64,000 bases of DNA from Polyangiales bacterium (GTDB lineage Bacteria; Myxococcota_A; Polyangia; Polyangiales; JADJQN01). The position numbers and the translations under genes were made by a program. Shown here piece after piece: positions 10,985 through 20,320 of the stretch (position 1 is its first letter; the number at the start of each line of letters is the position of its first letter). The DNA is taken from contig CAXNJO010000001.1 in the NCBI GenBank assembly GCA_964202905.1, positions 864,001-928,000 on the forward strand, given 5' to 3'. The notes beneath the pieces were generated by a model. That model searched no databases. It worked only from the letters and a program-made list of their open reading frames with translations, and had not been told where the DNA came from.

Positions 10985-11032
10985 CTCGCGCTGCTCGCGC
11001 GCTCGGTGCGCGGTGGATGACGCGCGGCTCAG
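10985..11032 (+). repeat. 48-bp direct repeat, right copy
   Basis: Identical to 9113..9160; preceded by CATCGCGGTG, which also occurs at 9079. Confidence 0.95.
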
Positions 11033-11136
11033 GGATCGCGCGGATCCCTGACGGTGCGGTCAGGGGTGTGCCGTGGCGGCGCACCGTCGACGGGGTGCCG
11101 CGCCGAGACACGCCGCGACGCGCGATCCCCCAACGC

Positions 11137-11162
11137 AAAACGCCGCGCACGGGGCGCGGCGT
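11137..11162 (-). terminator. Intrinsic terminator for the 11221..11631 gene
   Basis: Minus strand ACGCCGCGC-CCCGT-GCGCGGCGT followed by TTTG. Confidence 0.55.
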
Positions 11163-11220
11163 CTCGGGGGGCTGACCTGCGGCGCGCCCCTCGTTCGGAG
11201 GGCGGGGCGCCGCGGGGGGC

Positions 11221-11631
11221 TCACATGCTCATGGTCATGCCCGCGTCCGCCGGGGTGGGCGAGGGGCACATCGCGACGCTGGAGTTGAAGCAGGTGCCCG
11301 TGCCGCGGTCGCAGCAGACGGGGAGCGTCGGGGTCGGGTTCGCGGGGCAGCTCGCCTGGCAGTCGGCGTCGGTGCTGCACGTGGGCACGCAGCGGCGCCC
11401 GAGGTCGGGGCGGCCGAGGTCGACGGGGCCGAGGTCGGGGCGGCCGAGGTCGACGGGGCCGAGGTCGACGCTGCCGAGGTCCGCGGGCGGCACGAAGCCG
11501 TCCGGGCGCGGACCGGCGTCGCGGACGCCGAGGTCCGTGGTGATCGGCGTGCGCGGCGCGTCACGCCCCCCTGCGCAGGCGGCGACGAGCGTGGCGAGTA
11601 CAAGAGCGAGGAAGGAAGTGGCGTGGCGCAT
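11221..11631 (-). CDS. Small lipoprotein with DLG pentapeptide repeats and Cys-rich C-terminus
   Basis: LVAAC lipobox; DLGSV-DLGPV-DLGRP-DLGPV-DLGRP-DLGRR (15-bp repeats near 11399..11481); 8 Cys at the C-terminus. Confidence 0.7.
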   Translation of the reverse strand: MRHATSFLALVLATLVAACAGGRDAPRTPITTDLGVRDAGPRPDGFVPPADLGSVDLGPVDLGRPDLGPVDLGRPDLGRRCVPTCSTDADCQASCPANPTPTLPVCCDRGTGTCFNSSVAMCPSPTPADAGMTMSM

Positions 11632-11690
11632 GGCGATTCCGCCACACTGCCGGAAGGATTTGTGTCGATCAAGAGCCTGCGCATCTTTTC

Positions 11691-13493
11691 ATGAGTGTCC
11701 TCACGACCCCGCCCGCGGCGCCCCCGGAGGATTCCGGGGCCGGTGAGTCGCCGCTCGTGCGCTGGCTCGCGGCGCGGATCCCGCCCCGCGCCGGGGTGCC
11801 GTTGCTGCTGCTCGCGGGCCTCGCGGTGTTCTGGCCCACGCTGCACGCGGGCTTCGCGCTCGACGACGACGTGCACGCGGCGATGGTGCGCGGCACGTAC
11901 CCGGCGCCGCGTGCGCCCTGGGATCTCTACAACCTCGTCGACGACACGAGCCGCGAGGCGCTGCGCGCGCGCGGCGTGCTCCCGTGGTGGACGAGCGCGG
12001 ACCTGACGATCCGCTTCCTCCGGCCCCTCGCCGCAGGGCTCCGCTGGGCCGATTACCGGCTCTTCGGGGACGCGGGGGTCGCGCATCACGCGCACTCGTT
12101 TCTCTGGTGGGTCGTCGTCGCGCTCGCGGCGCGGGCGCTCTACCGGCGCTGGCTGCCCCCGCGCGCGGCGGCGATCGCGACGGTCGCGTTCGCGCTCGCT
12201 CCTTGCCACGCGATCCCGCTCGTCTGGCTCGCGAACCGCGAGGCGCTGGTGTCCCTCGGCCTCGGGATCCCGGCGCTGCTCGCGTGGGTTCGCTTCCGCG
12301 AGGAGGGCCCCGCACGCTTCGGCGCGCTCGCGGCCCTGCTGTTCGCGGGCGCGCTCGCGGCGGGTGAGTACGGCATCGCGCTCACGGGGTACGTGCTCGC
12401 GTACGAGCTGGTGCGCCGCGGGGACACGCTCCCGCGCCGCGCGCTCGGTCTCGTGCCCTTCGTCGCGCCGCTCGCCGCGTACCTCGGGCTCCGCGCCGCG
12501 CTCGGCTACGGGCCGATCGGCTCGGGTTTCTACGCGGACCCGCTGCGCGATCCGGCGCTCTACCTGCGCCACGCGCCCTCACGCTTCGTCGCGCTGCTGC
12601 TCGACGGCTGGTTCGCGCTCGATCGCGAGACCTTCCTCGCGTCGCTGTGGACGACCTTCTTCGTGATCGTCGCGCTCGGCGGGCTCGCCGTCGTCGGCCT
12701 CGCGGTGCGCGCGGCGTACCGTGACCTCGAGGCGCCGGTGCGCGCGCGGGTGCGCTTCCTGCTGCTCGGCTCGACGCTCAGCCTCGCGCCGCTGCTCGCG
12801 GTCGTGCCCTCGTCGCGGCTCGTCGGCGTGAGCGCGCTCGGCATCGGGGCCGCGGTCGGCCTCGTCGTCGCGCGGGCGTGGCTCCCTGCTCCGTCGCTGC
12901 CGCGGATCGGTGGGCTCGCGGGGCTCGCCGCGACGCTCCTCGCCTTCGTGCACCTCGCGCATGGTCCGGCGAGCGCGTGGCTGACCGGCAGCGCGTACCG
13001 CGCGTCGACGGAGCGCGAGGCGGCGCACCGCGCGGCGCTGCGCGCGCGGCTCGGCGCGATCGGGGATGCGCGCCTCGTCGTCATGCGCGGCGGGGCGAGC
13101 GCGCCCTTCCACCTGCCGTTCTCGCTCGATGCGGCGGGTCACGCGCTGCCGCGCAGCGTCAGCGTCCTCTCGCAGACGGGCCACGTGCTCGCGCGGCGCC
13201 TCGGCCCGAACACGCTCGAGCTCATCGCGGGGCGCGAGGACACGCTCATCCCGCTCGGCGAGGCGAACATCTACGTCGACCGGCACCGCGTCTTCACCGA
13301 GGGCGAGGTCATCCCCTTCGCGGAGGGCCGCGCGACGGTGCGCGCGCTCGCGCACGGACGCCCGCGCATCGTGGAGTTCGAGTTCGACCACGACCTCGAC
13401 GCGTCGCCGCTGCACGTCACGACGGAGACGTTCGGCGGTTTCGTCGACGCACGGGCCCCCGCGATCGGCATGGGCGCGCCGTTCGACCCCTGA
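11691..13493 (+). CDS. Polytopic membrane protein, GT-C-like (putative glycosyltransferase)
   Basis: First TM followed by GFALDDDVH acidic motif, FLRPL, LAPCH..P..W.ANR and GEYG; more than 10 TM segments. Confidence 0.5.
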   Translation: MSVLTTPPAAPPEDSGAGESPLVRWLAARIPPRAGVPLLLLAGLAVFWPTLHAGFALDDDVHAAMVRGTYPAPRAPWDLYNLVDDTSREALRARGVLPWWTSADLTIRFLRPLAAGLRWADYRLFGDAGVAHHAHSFLWWVVVALAARALYRRWLPPRAAAIATVAFALAPCHAIPLVWLANREALVSLGLGIPALLAWVRFREEGPARFGALAALLFAGALAAGEYGIALTGYVLAYELVRRGDTLPRRALGLVPFVAPLAAYLGLRAALGYGPIGSGFYADPLRDPALYLRHAPSRFVALLLDGWFALDRETFLASLWTTFFVIVALGGLAVVGLAVRAAYRDLEAPVRARVRFLLLGSTLSLAPLLAVVPSSRLVGVSALGIGAAVGLVVARAWLPAPSLPRIGGLAGLAATLLAFVHLAHGPASAWLTGSAYRASTEREAAHRAALRARLGAIGDARLVVMRGGASAPFHLPFSLDAAGHALPRSVSVLSQTGHVLARRLGPNTLELIAGREDTLIPLGEANIYVDRHRVFTEGEVIPFAEGRATVRALAHGRPRIVEFEFDHDLDASPLHVTTETFGGFVDARAPAIGMGAPFDP

Positions 13494-13520
13494 GCGCCGG
13501 TCGAGGACGACGCGTCGTCG

Positions 13521-14705
13521 TCAGGCCGCGAGGCGCTGCCGGATGCGGAGCGCGGGCTTCTCGACGAGGATGTGCAGCACGTAGCCGAGCGCGAGCGAGC
13601 CGAGCATCGCGACCGCGAGGGCGAGCGGCCAGATCGCCTGCGGCGACCAACCCCGCGCGGCGAGCGCGTTCGCCACCGGGACGAGGTGCTCGATCACGGG
13701 GACGTGCACGAGGTAGACGCCGTAGCCGAGCGTCGCGAGCGCGCGGAAGATCGGCGCGGACAGAAAGCGCACGTGCGGCCCCTCGCCGTGCAGCAGCAGC
13801 AAGAGGCCGCAGAAGTACATCACGCTCGTCACCGTCCCCCAGAGGAAGACGCGCACGAGCAGCGTGTGTTCGTCGGGGAACATCGTGGGCCGCAGGAGCA
13901 CCCAGAGGCAGCCGAGCGCGGGGATCGCGAGCAGCCCGCGGTGCAGCGGGTGCGCGAGCCAGCGCTGGATCGTGTCGCCGTAGCGCGTGTGCACGAAGGC
14001 GAGGAGGATCCCGCACACGATCGTGTCGAAGCGCGTGTACGTACGGAAATACGTCGCGTGCATGAAATCGGAGTTGTCCCAGACCGGCTGCGACGCCCAG
14101 ATCGCGAAGCGCGAGACCGTGCCGAGCGTCCACAATCCGAAGAGCATCCCGATGCGCGCGCGGTCGCTCGGCAGCCGGTGCAGCACGAAGAAGAGCAGCG
14201 GCACCGTCAGGTAGAACTGCTCCTCGAGCGCGAGCGACCAACCCCAGCCCATCACGAGATCGTCGCTCGCGAGCTTCGTGAAGTTGGTGAGGTACGCGTA
14301 CTCGAAGGGGAGGTTGTGCGCCTCCTCCGCCGTCAGCGTCCGCGTGAGCGCGAGGAGCGTGAGGATCAGGTAATAGGGCGGGAAGGTCCGGAACATCCGG
14401 CGCAGGTAGAAGCGCCGCACGTCCTGGCGGCCCGTCGTGTGGAGCGAATGCAGCAGGATCGAGCCGATCAGGAAGCCGCTCAGCAGGAAGAAGAGGTCCA
14501 TCCCGAAGAAGATCCGCGTCGACGACGCGGCCAGCTCCGGGTCGAGCTCGGGGCCGTGCATGCGCCCGAAGACGCCGGTGATGTGGTACTGGACGACGCT
14601 GACGATCGCGAGGAAGCGCACGCCGTGGAGCGACGGATAGCGGTTGTCGAGCGGGTCGAGCGCGAAGAAGCGCCGCAGCGCGGAGGGTGTGGCGGTCGCA
14701 GCCAT
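13521..14705 (-). CDS. Acyltransferase family 3 (OafA-like O-acyltransferase)
   Basis: SLHGVRFLAI, GMDLFFLLSGFLI, FYLRRMFRTFPPY, WSLALEEQFY, YGVYLVH, LVEKP. Confidence 0.92.
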   Translation of the reverse strand: MAATATPSALRRFFALDPLDNRYPSLHGVRFLAIVSVVQYHITGVFGRMHGPELDPELAASSTRIFFGMDLFFLLSGFLIGSILLHSLHTTGRQDVRRFYLRRMFRTFPPYYLILTLLALTRTLTAEEAHNLPFEYAYLTNFTKLASDDLVMGWGWSLALEEQFYLTVPLLFFVLHRLPSDRARIGMLFGLWTLGTVSRFAIWASQPVWDNSDFMHATYFRTYTRFDTIVCGILLAFVHTRYGDTIQRWLAHPLHRGLLAIPALGCLWVLLRPTMFPDEHTLLVRVFLWGTVTSVMYFCGLLLLLHGEGPHVRFLSAPIFRALATLGYGVYLVHVPVIEHLVPVANALAARGWSPQAIWPLALAVAMLGSLALGYVLHILVEKPALRIRQRLAA

Positions 14706-14809
14706 CTCGGCCGCGAGTATTGCGCTCCGCGTCGTCGCCACAAGCGCCGTGCTTCGGGGCAGCGCGCGCTGCTTGCGCCGCGGGGCCGCGGTCCCCAGGG
14801 TACGCGCCC

Positions 14810-15700
14810 ATGACGCCGCGTTTCCCGCTCCTCGCGTACGCCTCTCCGCGCAAACTGCCGAAGGCGCGGGACGTGCCGGGGCGCGTCGTCGTGCTCGACA
14901 TCGCCTTCGCGGCCGACTCGGGCAGCGTGAGCTTCGCGCGGACGACGAAGCCCTTCCTCGACGCGCTCGGGCCGCGCCTCGCGATGTGGATCGATCACCA
15001 CGACCACGTCCTGCACGCGGCGTACGCGAAGGACCCGCGCTTCGTGCTCGCGACCAAGGCGCAGCACGGCGCGTGCCCCGAGATGGTCACGCCCGAGCGC
15101 GTCGCGCAGGCCGGCGCGATCGACACCGTCGTGTGCCACACCGACTTCGACGGGCTCTGCTCGGCGGCGAAGTGGATCCGCGGCGGCGAGGAGCCGTATC
15201 CCGGCGCGGACGCCGACGCGCGCGCCATCGACACGCGTCTCGGTGAGCCGGGTGAGCGCGCGCTCGTGCTCGACCGCGCCATCCGCGCGCGGCCACGCGA
15301 GGACGCGCTGCGCGGTCTCATCGTGCGCTTCCTCGTGGGCGGCGGGGAGGACGGCGGGCTCTGGGCCGACCTGCGGCGCGTCGCGGACGAGGTGGGCGCG
15401 CTCGAGGACGAGGCGCGGCGTCTCGCGCGCGGCTACCGCGTCGAGCGCGACGTCGCGGTGGTCGACACGCGCGGCGTGCCGGGCAAGAGCTACGACAAGA
15501 CGCTGCTGCTGCTGATCGGGCAAGAGCGCGCGCGCGTGAGCGTCGTGCACGACGACAGCAGCGTCACGGCGGCGGCGCGCTTCGACAGCGGCGTCGATCT
15601 GCTCGCGCTGCTCGGCATCGAGGGCGGCATGCCGACGCGCGTGAGCGTGTCCGCGAACCGCCTCGACGAGGTGCTGCGGCGCCTGCGGGCCGCCGGGTGA
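14810..15700 (+). CDS. DHH-family phosphoesterase-like protein with rearranged motif order
   Basis: VVVLDIAF, WIDHHDH, then VCHTDFDGLCSA; C-terminal GG in a DHHA1-like region. Confidence 0.65.
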   Translation: MTPRFPLLAYASPRKLPKARDVPGRVVVLDIAFAADSGSVSFARTTKPFLDALGPRLAMWIDHHDHVLHAAYAKDPRFVLATKAQHGACPEMVTPERVAQAGAIDTVVCHTDFDGLCSAAKWIRGGEEPYPGADADARAIDTRLGEPGERALVLDRAIRARPREDALRGLIVRFLVGGGEDGGLWADLRRVADEVGALEDEARRLARGYRVERDVAVVDTRGVPGKSYDKTLLLLIGQERARVSVVHDDSSVTAAARFDSGVDLLALLGIEGGMPTRVSVSANRLDEVLRRLRAAG

Positions 15701-15719
15701 CGCGCCGCTGAATGGTGGT

Positions 15720-16937
15720 TCAGCCGCCGAGCAGCCGCGCGAACCACTCGGAGAGCTTGGCGAACACGCCGCTCCGCGCCGGAGCGGGCGCGGAGGGCGG
15801 CATCACGAAGGGCGTGCGCGCGCCGGAGTCGCTGCCGAAATCCGAGCGGTCCCGGATCACGGTGGCCTGCTCGTCCGCGGGCACGTCGAGGTCCGAGTCG
15901 CGCTCGCGCGGGAGCTGCAGCATCGCGCGCGCCCGATCGCGGCCGAGGCCGACGTCGCCGCGCTCGATCGCGCGCACCAGCCCGCCGACCTGCTCGCCGC
16001 CGTAGCGCCAGACGAACTCGGTGATCGCGTCGCCGTCGGGGAGCGGCCCGGCCGCGCGGGCGCCCGTGCGCAGCGCGTCGGCGAAGCTCGCCGCGTCGGG
16101 GAAGCGCGCGTCGGGGTCGCGGCGCAGGGCGCGCATCACGGCCTTGGCGATGCCGCGCGGGACGTGCGGGGCGACCGCGTCGATGGGCTCGATGTCTTCG
16201 AGGACGATCTTCTTGTAGACGTCGAGGAGCTGCTTGGCGCGGAAGAGGCGGCGGCCCGCGAGCAGCTCCCACGCGACGATGCCGAGCGAGAAGACGTCGG
16301 AGCGGCGATCGAGCTCGGTGCCCATCGCCTGCTCGGGCGAGAAGTAGCCGAGCTTTCCCTTGATCTGGCCGGTCTTCGTCTTCGTGATGCGCATCACCGC
16401 GTGCGCGACCCCGAAGTCGGCGAGCCGCACGCGGCCATCGACGCCGACGAGCACGTTCTGCGGGGAGACGTCGCGGTGCACGATGTGCAGCGCCTCGCCG
16501 CGCACGTCGCGCGCTTCGTGCGCGTCGTGCAACCCGTCGGCGGCCTGCGCGATCAGCGCGGCGGCCATCGCGGGCGGCCACGCCGTGCCGAGCCGCGACG
16601 CGAGGCGAGACAGCGGCGCGCCGACGACGAGCTCCATGACGAGGTAGGGCAGGCCGTCGTCCGCGCGGCCGAGGTCGAGCGTCTCGACGCAGTAGGGGCT
16701 GTGGATGTTCGCGGCGATGCGCGCCTCGTCGAGGAACATCTCGACGAAGCGCGCCTCGTCGACGAGGTGCGGGAGCAGGCGCTTGATCGCGACGAGCCGC
16801 TGCATCCCGCTCGCGTCCGTGGAGCGCGCCGCGAAGACCTCGGCCATCCCGCCCTCGGCGACGCGCGCGACGACCTCGTAGCGACCGAAGCGCGGCGGGA
16901 GTTCGAACTGCTGCGTGGAGTCACCGCTCACGGGCAC
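15720..16937 (-). CDS. Ser/Thr protein kinase, no TM segment
   Basis: GGMAEV, VAIK, HRDVSPQN, DFG, KGKLGYFSPEQ, DVFSLG. Confidence 0.95.
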   Translation of the reverse strand: MPVSGDSTQQFELPPRFGRYEVVARVAEGGMAEVFAARSTDASGMQRLVAIKRLLPHLVDEARFVEMFLDEARIAANIHSPYCVETLDLGRADDGLPYLVMELVVGAPLSRLASRLGTAWPPAMAAALIAQAADGLHDAHEARDVRGEALHIVHRDVSPQNVLVGVDGRVRLADFGVAHAVMRITKTKTGQIKGKLGYFSPEQAMGTELDRRSDVFSLGIVAWELLAGRRLFRAKQLLDVYKKIVLEDIEPIDAVAPHVPRGIAKAVMRALRRDPDARFPDAASFADALRTGARAAGPLPDGDAITEFVWRYGGEQVGGLVRAIERGDVGLGRDRARAMLQLPRERDSDLDVPADEQATVIRDRSDFGSDSGARTPFVMPPSAPAPARSGVFAKLSEWFARLLGG

Positions 16938-16994
16938 GCGACGCTAACACGGTCCGCGCCGGGGCCGATCGGTCGCGTGGCGCGGGCCGCGGCG

Positions 16995-18617
16995 TCAGTG
17001 ATTCCCGTCGTCTCCGTCGAACTCGTCGACCCCGACGAGCCCGCCGCGCGGCGCGGGGGCAGGGCCGGCGGGAGTGGGGACGCGCGCGGTCGCAGGCGGC
17101 GCGGGGACGCTCGCCGTCGGGGCCGCGGTCGCCGGTTCCGGCGCGGCCTCGCGCGGGGTGGCGGTGCGTGGCGCGCCCCGTGGACGGGCACCGCGCGCGG
17201 CGGGCGCGGCGAGGGCATCCGCGGCAGGGACGGCCGCCGGTGTCGCGCCAGGCGCGATCGGCGAAGGCGCGTCGGGCACCGGCGCGGTGGGTGCGATCGG
17301 CGAAGGCGCAGCGGGCGCCGACGGCGACGGCGCATCGGGCACGGCGGGCGCCGCGGGCGCGATGGACGGGGCCGCGAGCGTCGGCGGCGCGGTGGGCACG
17401 GCCGTCGTCCCGCCGCGGAGGAACGCGTACACCGCGCCCGCGACGCCGAGCGCGAGGAGCGTCCCCGCGACGCCCAGCGCGAGCGGCGTGGGACCGGTCC
17501 GCACGATCACCACGCCCGAGCCCGTCGCGCCCTGCGTGCTTGCGGCCTGCGCGTTCGCGGCCTGTGTGTTGAACGCCTGGGCGTCTGCGGTCTGCGCGTG
17601 GTGCACGCCGGTCGCGTCGGCGCTCGCCGGGAGCGGCAGCTCGCGGAAGAGCGTCGTGATGCGCTTCTCGAGCAGCTGCACGCGCTCACCGCCGAGCGCG
17701 CGCACGACCTGCCCGACGCGCGCGGGCGAGGCCTGCCCGCTGCCCCCCGCGGCCATCGCCGCGACGAGCCGATCGGCGAAGATCGCGGCCGATGCGAGGC
17801 GCTTCTCCGGGTCGCGCAGGAGCGCTGCAGCGACCGCCCCGGCGACGCCCGGCGGCAGGTCGCGGCGCACGGTGTCGAGGTGCCGGATCGGCGCGTTCAC
17901 GATGCGGTCCGCGAGAAGCAGCGGGTTGTCCGCCTCGAAGAGGCGCCGCCCCGCGAGCAGCTCCCACGCGACGACGCCGAGCGCGAAGACGTCGCTGCGC
18001 TGGTCGATCGGCAGCCCGCGCAGCTGCTCCGGCGAGAAGTACGCGAGCTTTCCCTTGAGCTCGCCCGTCTCGGTCTGCGCGTTCCGCGCCATCGCGCGCG
18101 CGATGCCGAAATCCGAGATGCGCGCGCGCCCGTCGATCCCGACGAGCACGTTGTGCGGGGAGACGTCGCGGTGCACGAGGTCGAGCGCCTCGCCCGTCGA
18201 GGAGCGGGCCCGGTGCGCGTCCTCGAGGCCACGCGCGGCCTGCACGAGGATCGTCAGCGCGACGTCGAGCGGGATCCCGCCGGGCACGCCCTCGGCCGCG
18301 TCGCCGAGCTCGCGCAGCGTGCTGCCCAGCACCAGCTCGAGGGCCATGTAGAGGGTCTCGCCGCCCTCGCGGCCGAGGTCGTGCGTGGCGACGACGTGCG
18401 GGCTCTCGATCTGCGCCGCGAGCGCCGCTTCGTCCATGAACATCGCGACGAACTTTTCGTCCCGCGCGAGGTGCGGGAGCATGAGCTTCAGCGCGACGGG
18501 CTTCTGAAACGCACCCTCGCCGAGCACGCGCGCCGCGTACACGGTCGCCATGCCGCCCGACGCCAGCGGGCAGAGGATCTGATAGCGACCGAGCCGGTCA
18601 CCGCTCTCGAGGCCCAC
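16995..18617 (-). CDS. Membrane Ser/Thr protein kinase with Pro/Ala-rich extracytoplasmic tail
   Basis: GGMATV, VALK, HRDVSPHN, DFG, YFSPEQ; one TM (LALGVAGTLLALGVAGAVYAFL); likely GTG start at 18617. Confidence 0.93.
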   Translation of the reverse strand: MGLESGDRLGRYQILCPLASGGMATVYAARVLGEGAFQKPVALKLMLPHLARDEKFVAMFMDEAALAAQIESPHVVATHDLGREGGETLYMALELVLGSTLRELGDAAEGVPGGIPLDVALTILVQAARGLEDAHRARSSTGEALDLVHRDVSPHNVLVGIDGRARISDFGIARAMARNAQTETGELKGKLAYFSPEQLRGLPIDQRSDVFALGVVAWELLAGRRLFEADNPLLLADRIVNAPIRHLDTVRRDLPPGVAGAVAAALLRDPEKRLASAAIFADRLVAAMAAGGSGQASPARVGQVVRALGGERVQLLEKRITTLFRELPLPASADATGVHHAQTADAQAFNTQAANAQAASTQGATGSGVVIVRTGPTPLALGVAGTLLALGVAGAVYAFLRGGTTAVPTAPPTLAAPSIAPAAPAVPDAPSPSAPAAPSPIAPTAPVPDAPSPIAPGATPAAVPAADALAAPAARGARPRGAPRTATPREAAPEPATAAPTASVPAPPATARVPTPAGPAPAPRGGLVGVDEFDGDDGNH

Positions 18618-18690
18618 CGGCCGGAGGGTACCGTGACGAGCCGCGAACATCCAACCCGCACCGCGACGAACGCTGTTAGGCTCGCGCCCG

Positions 18691-20320
18691 ATGGTCCGCC
18701 GTTCCCCGATCCGCGCCGCCGCGCTCGCCGCGCTCGGTGCCGCGCTGCTCCTCGCGGGATGCGAGGCGCGCATCACCGAGGTCGTCGTCGTCGTGGACTC
18801 GACGCTGCGCGTCCCGCAGGACGTCGATGCCCTCGACATCCGCGTCAACACCACGGGCCGCATGGTGCCGGGGCTCGACGCGCCGCTCACCGGGCCGGAC
18901 GCCGTCGCGCCCCCGCTCACGCTCGGCCTGCGCTCGGAGTCCGACGCCGCGACGCCGTTCAGCGTCGTCGTGCGCGGGTTGCTGCGCGGCGGTGAGCGGA
19001 TCCGCGCGGAGGTCGCGACGCGCTTCGTCCCGGGCGAGCGGCGCGTGTTGCGGATCCGGCTCGAAGAGGGCTGTCTCGGGGTCGTGTGCGGGGAGGGTCT
19101 CACGTGCCGTGACGCCGAGTGCCGACCCATCGCGGTCGACCCCGACTTCCTGCCGCCGCTCTCGTCGCTCGATCTCGGCGTCGGCCCCGGGCCGCGCGAC
19201 GCGGGCGCGGACTCGGGCTCACGCGATGCAAGCGGGCCCGACGCGGGCGAGTCCGATGGCGGCGCGCTGGACGCGGGTCCGCCCGACGGGGGCGCGGGCT
19301 GCACGCCCGGGGACGCGGGCGTCGTCGGCGCACCCGAGGGCTGCGTGCTCGCGAAGCCGCCCGCCCGCCCGCTCTGCGCGGACGACGGTGCCGACGTGGG
19401 CGATCTCCACTTCGCGTTGCGCGACCTCGTGCTCGATCAGAGCGGTGACCGCTGGCGCACGCTCGGCTGGGATCTCGACGGCAACTGCACCGACGCGCTC
19501 TCGCCGATGCCCGCGACCGAGTGCACGCCGCCCGCGGCACCCGCGTCGACGGACGGGCTCAACGGCATCGACAACGTCTTCGGTTCGACCATCTCCGCGC
19601 AATTCATCGCCTACCAGCCCGAGCTCGCGACCTCGATCACGAACACCGTCGCGCAGGGGCGCAACGTCCCGCTCGTCTACCTCGAGAACTGGAACGGTGC
19701 GTCCGATGATCCGCGCGTGACCATCTCGATGGCCTTCGCCGTCGACCTCGTCCCGGCGGGTGTACCCATCCCAGACGGTGGTGTCACTTACTCGAACACG
19801 CTCCCGCCGCCCGCGTGGGACGGCACGGACACCGCGTACGTCAGCTCCTCCGTCTTCTCGTCGCCCGGCCGCTCGGTGCTCTACGACGACAACGCCTACG
19901 TCGCGGGCGGCATGATCGTCGCGCGTCTCCCCGATCGCGCGGACGTGGACCTCCCCGGCGGGCTCGGCGCGGTGCGGGTCCAGCTCACCGATCTTCGCTT
20001 CACCGCGACGCTCGTCGATGCGGGCGGCGGCGCGTCCGCGCTGCGTGATGCGTTGCTCACCGGGCGCTGGCCGCAGAGCGACATCGCGCGCTTTCTCGAC
20101 AACATCGGCGTCTGCCCGGGCTCGCCGACCACCGATCTCGTCCGCGCCGGCTTCGACGTCGTGCTCACCCGCGCGATGGACGTGCGCGCCACGCCGGGGA
20201 CCGGCGGGCCGGGCGTGATCGTGCGACGCGGTGAGCACCGCAATCCCCTTCCAGAACGGCGTGCGCGTGACGCTCGGCGACGTCGTCCCCGTCGTGCTGG
20301 CCCCCTTCGAGTGTCCGTGA
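18691..20320 (+). CDS. Lipoprotein (beta-rich N-domain, DAG linker, DLDG..GIDN domain); apparent +1 frameshift near 20221
   Basis: LLAGC lipobox; shifting frame at 20221 gives CDAVSTAIPFQNGVRVTLGDVVPVVLAPFECP-stop (TGA 20318..20320), overlapping the next GTG. Confidence 0.7.

Noticed and set aside
11399..11481. 15-bp repeats as a regulatory or mobile repeat
   Set aside because: They encode the DLGxx linker of a lipoprotein, a common low-complexity feature here
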